From contig OY781460.1 in assembly GCA_963676855.1 (NCBI GenBank), positions 1,495,520 through 1,527,519 on the forward strand: 32,000 nucleotides of DNA. Reading direction: 5' to 3'. Shown piece by piece: positions 25,967 through 32,000 of this stretch (within the stretch, counting starts at the first letter, position 1; every line of letters begins with the position of its first letter). Below the pieces are notes generated by a model. The model was not told the origin of the DNA. It saw only the letters and a list, made by a program, of their open reading frames with translations, and did no database searches. The stretch is from an uncultured Anaeromusa sp. (GTDB lineage Bacteria > Bacillota > Negativicutes > Anaeromusales > Anaeromusaceae). The position numbers and the translations under genes are program-made.

Positions 25967-26686
25967 ATGTATATCCAAGCCAATAATTTGGTAAAAAGCT
26001 ATAAAGGACGCGCTGTGGTGGATGGCGTCAGCATTCGGGTAGACCAGGGATCGATAGTGGGATTGCTGGGACCCAACGGCGCCGGGAAAACTACCACTTT
26101 TTATATGATTGTTGGCTTGGAAAAACCAGATCAGGGCAGCGTAGTTATTGATGGTGAAGATGTGGCCAAACTTCCTATGCATATTCGTTCCAGCTATGGG
26201 CTGGGATATTTGCCGCAAGAAGCTTCCATTTTTCGCAAACTTTCGGTAGAAGATAATTTAATGGCTATTTTGGAAGTTACGCCTCTTACTGCGCAAGAAC
26301 GCAAAGAAAAACTGGAAAGTTTGTTGAAGGAATTTCATGTAGAACATGTGCGTGACCGGTTAGGGTCACAGCTCTCCGGCGGTGAACGGCGCCGAGTGGA
26401 GATTGCCCGGGCGTTAGCGACAGATCCCCAATTTATTCTCTTGGATGAACCTTTTGCTGGTGTTGATCCTATCGCTGTAGCGGATATTCAGGAAATTATT
26501 AGCTATCTTAAAGAACGAGGCATTGGAATTTTAATTACCGATCATAATGTGAGGGAAACTCTCAGCATTGTAGATCGGGCTTATATTTTGAATAACGGTC
26601 GGATTTTAATTGACGGTGATCGAGAAACCATCGCCAATAGCGATATAGCCCGCAAATTCTATTTGGGAGAAAATTTCAGTTTGTAA
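25967..26686 (+). CDS. lptB: LPS export ABC transporter ATPase LptB
   Basis: Walker A is GPNGAGKTT, the signature is [14 protein letters not shown] and Walker B is [12 protein letters not shown]. The LptB-typical C-terminus is [10 protein letters not shown]. Confidence 0.92.
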   Translation: MYIQANNLVKSYKGRAVVDGVSIRVDQGSIVGLLGPNGAGKTTTFYMIVGLEKPDQGSVVIDGEDVAKLPMHIRSSYGLGYLPQEASIFRKLSVEDNLMAILEVTPLTAQERKEKLESLLKEFHVEHVRDRLGSQLSGGERRRVEIARALATDPQFILLDEPFAGVDPIAVADIQEIISYLKERGIGILITDHNVRETLSIVDRAYILNNGRILIDGDRETIANSDIARKFYLGENFSL

Positions 26687-26777
26687 TGAGCCTTTTTATA
26701 AAGCATATTTCTAAGAGCCGAACCTTGCATGCGTTATCCATTCAACAACGGCTCATGAATGAGGAGAGATTGTCTGG

Positions 26778-27866
26778 ATGCGCATTTTAGATAAATACAT
26801 TCTGAAGGAATTATTAGGCCCGTTTGTATTCGGCGTTTGCTCGTTTTCCAGTATTTTTATCGGCACGAGCACGCTGTTTCGTATTGCTCAATATGTAACT
26901 AAATACGGCGCTAGCTTGCCTAGCGTAATCAAATTATTTATTTACAGCTTGCCCAGCATCATTGTTTTGACCTTCCCCATGTCGATGCTGTTGGCGGCAT
27001 TGTTGGCTTTTGGCCGTTTGTCGGCATCCAGCGAATTGACGGCGATGAAATCAGGCGGCGTTAGCTTTGCTAGATTGGCAGCGCCTGTGTTTATTGTCGC
27101 TTTTTTTGTCAGCGTCTTTGCGGTAGCTTTTAATGAAAAAGTGGTGCCGGCGGCCAATGAAGCATATCGGTATACCGTGCAGACTGAAATCGAAAAAAAT
27201 ACCAAGCCCAAGGCTCAGGAACATGTTATTATTAAGGATATCGAACAGGGAAAAATTTCCCGTTTGACTTATGCGCGCAAATTTGATGAAGAAACAAGTA
27301 GCATGAATGCAGTTACAGTACAAGAATTTGAAAATGATCAAGTGGTTCGTATTCAAAACGCGGAAAAGGCTGTTTGGAATGAAGGCCGTTGGGAAATGGA
27401 GCATGGCGTTATTCACGATTTAACACCAGACGGCGGCTTGAATCGAACCATTCGTTTTGATAAGCAAATTTTACCGATTGATAAAGCGCCTAAGGATATT
27501 TCAAGGGAACAAAAAGAACCGGCGGAAATGACTATTCGCGAGTTGAAATTGCATATTGACGCCTTGAAGAGAGAATATGTGAAAACAGGGACCTATGAGG
27601 TGGAACTGCACCAACGCTTTACGATTCCGTTGGCATCTTTTGTATTTGCTCTGATCGGTACGCCTTTGGGGTTGGCGCCGCATCGGTCCAGTTCCTCCAT
27701 CGGCTTGGGCATCAGCATTGTCGTCATTTTCATCTATTATACGATTATGACCATTACGACCGCCTTGGGACAAGGCGGTGCTATTCCCGCCATGCTGGCG
27801 GCGTGGATTCCCAATCTTGTCGGTATCGTTGCTGGCGCTTGGCTCATCTGGCGTAAATCCAGGTAA
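26778..27866 (+). CDS. LPS export ABC transporter permease, LptF/LptG (YjgP/YjgQ) family
   Basis: The N-terminus is ILDKYILKELLGPF. Three TMs, a ~130-aa periplasmic beta domain and three more TMs follow. Only one such gene is present in the window. Confidence 0.85.
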   Translation: MRILDKYILKELLGPFVFGVCSFSSIFIGTSTLFRIAQYVTKYGASLPSVIKLFIYSLPSIIVLTFPMSMLLAALLAFGRLSASSELTAMKSGGVSFARLAAPVFIVAFFVSVFAVAFNEKVVPAANEAYRYTVQTEIEKNTKPKAQEHVIIKDIEQGKISRLTYARKFDEETSSMNAVTVQEFENDQVVRIQNAEKAVWNEGRWEMEHGVIHDLTPDGGLNRTIRFDKQILPIDKAPKDISREQKEPAEMTIRELKLHIDALKREYVKTGTYEVELHQRFTIPLASFVFALIGTPLGLAPHRSSSSIGLGISIVVIFIYYTIMTITTALGQGGAIPAMLAAWIPNLVGIVAGAWLIWRKSR

Positions 27867-28160
27867 AGAAGAGAAAGACAGAGAATGAAAAGAGAGAACA
27901 GAGTAATAGAGGAAAACAGAAAGAAAAAGCATAAATTAGAGTGGCATCTGAATCCCTCCGCCGCTGCTGCGGCACCTCCCTTTAAGAAGGGAGTAAAGGG
28001 GGAAGGACCGCAGGTCCAGGGGGATGTGCGTCATTGCGAACGCAGCGCGGCAATCTCCAAAAAACGGAATACAAGCCGTAATTTTTATTTTATACTATGG
28101 AATAATGGACCGTTACCCTCATAACGTTCCCTCCATCTTCTTGTTCGTTATCTATTTCCC
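27867..28160 (+). repeat. Full intergenic repeat element, core type B (copy B2) with an A-type 3' arm
   Basis: A ~65-nt tract of roughly 90% purine begins at the lptF/G stop. The core 27994-28057 matches B1. The 3' arm ACCCTCATAACGTTCCCTCCATCTTCTTGTTCG (28115-28147) aligns with the arms at 21868-21908 and 29546-29587. Confidence 0.75.
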
Positions 28161-28179
28161 CTAAGAGGAGGCGTGGCTC

Positions 28180-29388
28180 GTGGACGGTATTATTTTGATT
28201 TTAGTGCTGATTTTAATGGGCGGAGCCATTGCTTTTATTGGAGATCGCCTGGGATCAAAAGTCGGCAAGAAGAAGCTGACCTTGTTTGGTTTGCGCCCCA
28301 AGCATACCTCTACTATAGTAACGATTGTTACTGGGATTTTAATTGTTACGGCTACCTTTGGCATCTTGACGGCCGCGTCTCAGGATGTGCGTACGGCATT
28401 GTTCGGCATGGAAAAACTAAAAGCGCAAATGGCGGAGCTGCAGAACGAAGCAAAGGTTAGTCAGGAAGCTTCCGATAAGGCAAAAGCCAGTTTGGCGGAG
28501 AAAACTGCCGAGTTTGTTGCAATTAGCGATCAGGTAGAAAAAATGAACCAACGCTTAGCGGCGGTGCGACAAGAGTTGCAGCAGGCAGTAACTGAAAAAG
28601 AGCGGGCGGTAGAAGCGTTGACTGCTTCCCAAGGAGAAGTGAATCGCCTGCAAGGGCAGCAACAAGCGCTGGAAGGCAAAATACAAGATCTGAACCGTAA
28701 TAAAGAGCAGCTAGAAAGTGACTTGGCGGAGTTGCAGGAAATAGCCGCCAAATTGCAAACCGGCATTCGTGTGGTTCGCGAAGGCGCGATTGTTTTTCAG
28801 GCCGGGGAGGTGCTGGCTTCTCGTTCCGTGGATCCTCATGAATCTTCAGAACAGCTGCGCCAGGAACTGGAGACTTTTTTGCGTGAAACCAATACGCAGC
28901 TTTTGCAGCGCTTAAATATTGACAAAGACTTAGGCTTATTGGTAATCAGCCAACGTGAATTTGATACAACTTTTGACGAAATAAAAAAAGCTGACTCGCC
29001 GCGTATTCTGCGTGTCGTAGCGGCGGGAAACACTGTTTACGGCGAGCCTGTGTTTGGAGCTTTGCAATTGTACCCGAACCAACTAGTGTTTGCGAAAGGT
29101 ATTACTCTTTTGCAAGAAGAAATGCAGGCGATTTCAGAGGATTCCGGGGCTAATGAAGGAGCCATTATTCTTTTTTTGAAGCAAGTCAATGCTCTTTCCG
29201 TGCGCCAAGGGGTCTTGCCAGACCCGATCTCAGGCATGGTCGGGTCTCTGCCGGCGAATCACCTGTACGAAACAGCGGCGAAGATGAGCCGCCTCGGTGG
29301 ACGTGTGGAGCTTTCGGCGGTTACTGTAGAAGATGTTCATACCGCAGGCCCCGTTCGCATCGAACTGCGTGTCAGGGCTATAAAGTAA
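28180..29388 (+). CDS. Membrane-anchored coiled-coil protein, DUF3084-like (from memory of that family's N-terminal domain)
   Basis: RBS GAGGAGG lies 8 nt before the GTG at 28180. The N-terminus is ILILVLILMGGAIAFIGDRLGSKVGKKKLTLFGLRPKHTSTIVTIVTG, giving two TM segments. About 130 aa of heptad coiled coil follow (AELQNE..LQEIAAKLQ), then a globular C-terminal ~200 aa. Confidence 0.7.
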   Translation: MDGIILILVLILMGGAIAFIGDRLGSKVGKKKLTLFGLRPKHTSTIVTIVTGILIVTATFGILTAASQDVRTALFGMEKLKAQMAELQNEAKVSQEASDKAKASLAEKTAEFVAISDQVEKMNQRLAAVRQELQQAVTEKERAVEALTASQGEVNRLQGQQQALEGKIQDLNRNKEQLESDLAELQEIAAKLQTGIRVVREGAIVFQAGEVLASRSVDPHESSEQLRQELETFLRETNTQLLQRLNIDKDLGLLVISQREFDTTFDEIKKADSPRILRVVAAGNTVYGEPVFGALQLYPNQLVFAKGITLLQEEMQAISEDSGANEGAIILFLKQVNALSVRQGVLPDPISGMVGSLPANHLYETAAKMSRLGGRVELSAVTVEDVHTAGPVRIELRVRAIK

Positions 29389-29600
29389 AACGAGAAGAAA
29401 AATAGGGAACACGAGGATTGAACCAGAGAACCGGCGACGGGCGCTGGATGCGCCTAGGAGCGGTTGCGCCATGGAGGGCTTAGCAACCGATATCTGTTGG
29501 AGGGGACCGAAGAGGGCTACGTGAGTGTGTTTTTGATAAAATCGAACCCTCATGGATTCCCTCCGGTCACTCCAATTCTCTTGTTCGTTTTTATGTTCTT
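29389..29600 (+). repeat. Full intergenic repeat element, core type A (copy A2)
   Basis: The arms GAACCAGAGAA (29420-29430) and TTCTCTTGTTC (29576-29586) are 10/11 complementary. The core 29416-29479 is homologous to A1, including CCTAGG and CCATGG at identical 16-nt spacing. The 3' arm 29544-29600 aligns with 21866-21922. Confidence 0.75.
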
Positions 29601-29618
29601 TTTCATGGAGGAGTAACG

Positions 29619-30041
29619 ATGATTGCAGCAGTGGATCCGGGGAGGGAAAAATGCGGCGTAGCCGTAGTGGCTATGGATGGCATTATCGTCAGACGGCTTG
29701 TAGTACCGACTCAGGATTTACACGAAGAAATAGCGTCAATTTTGGCTGACGGCAAGATTCAAGTGCTTCTTTGCGGCGATGGCACCGGCTCAGCGGCGCA
29801 GGGCGCCATACTGCAAGAATTGACACAGCTGCATAAGGTGCAGTTTTTAATAGTAGATGAAAAGCATACTACAGAAGAAGCGCACAAATTGTATTGGCAG
29901 CAGCAGCCGCCCCAAGGTTTGCGGCGTTTTCTGCCAACCACCATGCTGACTCCGCCTGTGCCGGTAGACGACTACGTAGCCGTTCTTTTAGCCTGGAAAT
30001 ATTTGAACATACCCTCCCTTTACTCTCATTACTCCTGTTAA
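29619..30041 (+). CDS. RuvX/YqgF-like RNase H-fold nuclease (putative resolvase / pre-rRNA nuclease family), atypical
   Basis: RBS GGAGGAG is present. The N-terminus IAAVDPGREKCGVAVV carries the catalytic-Asp context. GDGTGS and VDEKHTTEEAHKLYW match the YqgF DE(R/K)xTTxEA pattern. The last ~11 codons are repeat-derived. Confidence 0.65.
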   Translation: MIAAVDPGREKCGVAVVAMDGIIVRRLVVPTQDLHEEIASILADGKIQVLLCGDGTGSAAQGAILQELTQLHKVQFLIVDEKHTTEEAHKLYWQQQPPQGLRRFLPTTMLTPPVPVDDYVAVLLAWKYLNIPSLYSHYSC

Positions 30042-30125
30042 AAACCGTACCCGTAACCATCGTACGAACTATCCGATTCTCTCGTGACTCTTGTTCAATC
30101 CCTTGTTCTTTACTTTTCTTTTTCA
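30008..30125 (+). repeat. Two tandem pyrimidine-rich 3'-arm copies of the repeat family; the first overlaps the end of the preceding CDS
   Basis: ACCCTCCCTTTACTCTCATTACTCCTGTTAAA (30011-30042) aligns with 15532-15563 (ACCCTCCCTTTACTCCCGCTACTCTTGTTCAA). The second copy is ..GATTCTCTCGTGACTCTTGTTCAATCCCTTGTTCTTTAC (30075-30113). Confidence 0.6.
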
Positions 30126-30137
30126 TTATGGTATACT
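30109..30137 (+). promoter_or_regulatory. Candidate sigma-A promoter for ompM: -35 TTTACT (30109-30114), 17-nt spacer, extended -10 TGgTATACT (30129-30137)
   Basis: The motif was read directly and has the same TGgTATA(A/C)T form as the 7561 promoter. It implies a ~235-nt leader. The -35 matches consensus at 4/6 positions. Confidence 0.5.
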
Positions 30138-30376
30138 ACGTCTAGTTCTTGGACCACCCGGTCAAAGACTGAAAAATATTTGAAAAAAGTTTTTCAGCTT
30201 TGCAGGAGTTTTGAATCCAAGAGCGAAATTAATAAGGCGTGACCGGATGGATACATATTTACTTAGAAGTAGAAAAAAGCTATTGAGGAAACGTGGATAC
30301 TCATGAGCTGTTTTCTCCGACTGGGTTTATGTATTTGTCTGTGCGCAAATACAAAATTCTTAGGAGGAATGAACAC

Positions 30377-31696
30377 ATGAAAAAACGTCTTGTAACTGCT
30401 CTTGCTCTCATGTTCGGCCTCGGCATCGGCGCTACCGCCTTTGCAGCTGCCAATCCTTTCGTCGATGTTCCGGCGAAACACTGGGCCTATGATGCTGTAA
30501 ACAAACTGGCTAAAGCCGGCATTGTTGACGGCTATGGCGACGGCACCTTCCGTGGCGATCGCACCATGACCCGTTATGAAATGGCTCAGATTGTTGCTAA
30601 AGCTATGGCTCGTAGCGACAAAGCTGATGCTGAAACCAAAGCTACCATCGACAAGCTGGCTACCGAGTTCAGCGCTGAGATCGAAAACCTCGGTGTTCGT
30701 GTTGCCAAATTGGAAAAGAAATCCGACAATGTCCGTTTTGATGGCAACTTGCGTGTTCGTTATATTGATGAAAAATTTAGTAGCACTGGATTTGGTGATG
30801 GTGGCAACAAAGTACAACAGGCCCGGTTCCGTTTAGGTGCTACCGCTGAAGTAAATGATGCTTGGACTGTGCGCGGCTTGTTCCAAGCGACTGCTGACTC
30901 TTCTGTTGGCGGTGATAATAACGATACGACGGCGAGAATGCCGGAAATGTATGCCAAAGGTAAACTGGGTCAAGTTGATCTCACGTTGGGCCGTTGGATG
31001 CAGACTTCTACTGGCGACGTAATTTTTGACGAAGATTCCATTGATGGTATTAAAATTGGTTTTGGTAACCAATTGAAAGCTAATGTTTATTACGGTAATC
31101 TTCACTATGATGAGTCCAGCGTTTCTAATAAAGATCGTGTATTAGGTACTGAATTGAATTGGGCTGCTAATAAGAACTTCAACATGTGGGGGAGCTTTAA
31201 TCAGATCAAGAGCCGCAATGATGCGGGAAGCGTCATGATGAATAGCGGGAAAAACTTCACTGGCAAAAACAGCATCAATCTTTATGAAATCGGTGCTTCC
31301 TACAAGTTTACTCCTGATTGGAAATTGACTGGTATTTTCAACAAGTCCAATGCTGACTTCCAAAGTAGCGGTTATAAAGCTGAAGTTCAATACAAAGCTA
31401 TTGACTTGAACAAAGCAGGTACTTGGCAAGTGGCAGCTGGCTACATGAAGACCGGCGTTAATTCCGTATATGATACGGGTAGCTGGGTTGGAAGAATTAA
31501 TTACTCTGCATTAAATGCTCTTCCAGGAACTAGCCTTGCTACTAATGGCTATGATGGTGCCAAAGGTTGGTATTTCGACGGTGCATATGTGCCGGCTAAA
31601 AACATCAAGTTGCGCACCATTTACGGCGATTTTAAAGGCGTTGATTCTGCTGCAAAAGACAGATACTATCGCGCCCAAGTTGAATTCTTCTTCTAA
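30377..31696 (+). CDS. ompM: OmpM-type porin with an N-terminal SLH domain, coiled-coil linker and C-terminal beta-barrel
   Basis: RBS AGGAGG precedes the ATG at 30377 and a signal peptide is present (GATAFAA). The SLH domain is NPFVDVPAKHWAYDAVNKLAKAGIVDGYGDGTFRGDRTMTRYEMAQIVAKAM. The coiled coil is IDKLATEFSAEIENLGVRVAKLEKK. The barrel ends in YRAQVEFFF. Codon usage looks like a highly expressed gene. Confidence 0.88.
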   Translation: MKKRLVTALALMFGLGIGATAFAAANPFVDVPAKHWAYDAVNKLAKAGIVDGYGDGTFRGDRTMTRYEMAQIVAKAMARSDKADAETKATIDKLATEFSAEIENLGVRVAKLEKKSDNVRFDGNLRVRYIDEKFSSTGFGDGGNKVQQARFRLGATAEVNDAWTVRGLFQATADSSVGGDNNDTTARMPEMYAKGKLGQVDLTLGRWMQTSTGDVIFDEDSIDGIKIGFGNQLKANVYYGNLHYDESSVSNKDRVLGTELNWAANKNFNMWGSFNQIKSRNDAGSVMMNSGKNFTGKNSINLYEIGASYKFTPDWKLTGIFNKSNADFQSSGYKAEVQYKAIDLNKAGTWQVAAGYMKTGVNSVYDTGSWVGRINYSALNALPGTSLATNGYDGAKGWYFDGAYVPAKNIKLRTIYGDFKGVDSAAKDRYYRAQVEFFF

Positions 31697-31712
31697 ATCG
31701 AGGAATAATGGC

Positions 31713-31758
31713 AAAGAAGCCCTGCTAATGCAGGGCTTCTTTTTCTTTACTTTTTTTT
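31713..31758 (+). terminator. Rho-independent terminator of ompM
   Basis: A 12-bp stem forms between AAAGAAGCCCTG (31713-31724) and CAGGGCTTCTTT (31731-31742) with loop CTAATG. A T-rich run follows (TTCTTTACTTTTTTTT). Confidence 0.8.
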
Positions 31759-31907
31759 ATAGGCATGATAAAATTCCATTTGCGTCTATTAGGATACAGA
31801 AATATCGTGCAGAAGTATAGGCAAGGGAACATGGAAACTTGCTTGGGAATAATGCGAACAAACTGTAGAATTTAGACGGATTGATTACATAGCAAGGAGA
31901 GAGATGA

Positions 31908-32000
31908 ATGAAAAAGAAACTTTTAATGGCGGCGCTCGCTACTATGATTGCTATGCCGGCAACTGCGGCTTTTGCTTCCCCGGTGCAGTTGGATGGGGAA
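31908..32000 (+). CDS. Exported protein, N-terminal 31 codons only (3'-truncated by window); possibly another OM barrel protein
   Basis: RBS AAGGAGAGAG precedes the ATG at 31908. The translation MKKKLLMAALATMIAMPATAAFASPVQLDGE is a classical signal peptide with an AFA|S cleavage site. The ORF is too short for the ORF track. Confidence 0.45.
   Translation, partial: MKKKLLMAALATMIAMPATAAFASPVQLDGE

Noticed and set aside
26685-26756. Alternative pairings in the lptB-lptF/G gap (ATGAGCC 26685-26691 or GAGCCG 26716-26721 with CGGCTCAT 26749-26756) as a riboswitch-like switch.
   Set aside because: Only 6-7-bp stems are involved. I recognise no conserved riboswitch core, and there is no second copy for comparison. 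The idea is too speculative to report as a finding.
27885-28124. A 79-aa ORF inside repeat element B2 (..PPFKKGVKGEGPQVQGDVRHCERSAAISKK..), and the 83-aa ORF 21768-22019 inside A1.
   Set aside because: The homologous copies (B1, A2) do not keep an open frame, because indels and stops interrupt it. The track lists no equivalent ORF there, and no RBS is present. Conservation is better explained by nucleic-acid hairpins.
7316-30125. Possibility that the dispersed repeats are a CRISPR array or a transposon/IS.
   Set aside because: There are no regularly spaced identical direct repeats with unique spacers and no cas genes. No transposase ORF is present. I could not identify clear target-site duplications, so a MITE origin remains only a hypothesis.
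30263-30817. Minus-strand ORFs in the track, for example 30263-30817 (184 aa), 13734-14336 (200 aa), 9559-10134 (191 aa), 4856-5377 (173 aa) and 20447-20881 (144 aa).
   Set aside because: All lie antisense to + strand genes with strong family motifs. They lack RBSs and have odd composition (Cys/His/Arg-rich or low complexity). They are typical shadow ORFs.

Overview
All credible genes lie on the + strand and are tightly packed. Together they form a ~32-kb outer-membrane (OM) and LPS biogenesis supercluster of the type described for diderm Firmicutes (Negativicutes). I infer that assignment from gene content: an SLH-domain OmpM porin, LpxI instead of LpxH, and tamB next to bamA. It has not been checked by any search.

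Gene order: tamB (5' end cut by the window), sigma-70-family factor, single-pass membrane protein, bamA, unknown 429-aa exported protein, three skp/ompH paralogs, lpxD, unknown 201-aa exported protein, lpxL-like, lpxC, fabZ, lpxA, lpxI, lpxB, msbA, waaA/kdtA, lpxK, kdsB, kdsA, kdsC, second lpxL-like, lptC, lptA, lptB, one lptF/G, DUF3084-like coiled-coil membrane protein, RuvX/YqgF-like nuclease, ompM, and the first 31 codons of another exported protein.

I found no tRNA, rRNA, CRISPR array, transposase or convincing minus-strand gene.

The pathway genes are textbook. What they do not explain:
1. A family of intergenic repeat elements fills almost every long gap from stop codon to next RBS. 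Each has a purine-rich 5' arm (AAGAACG...) and a complementary pyrimidine-rich 3' arm (...CTCTTGTTC.., ..GTTCTT). Two different conserved hairpin-rich cores are each present twice.
2. Several uncharacterised genes are embedded in, or translationally coupled to, core OM genes: a sigma factor with a putative anti-sigma between tamB and bamA, a possible 3xPOTRA-like protein with a short beta domain coupled to bamA, lipidated and double-length Skp paralogs, a small barrel-like protein coupled to lpxD, and a DUF3084-like/RuvX-like pair.

All functional calls rest on motifs I recognise by eye. No database search was run.
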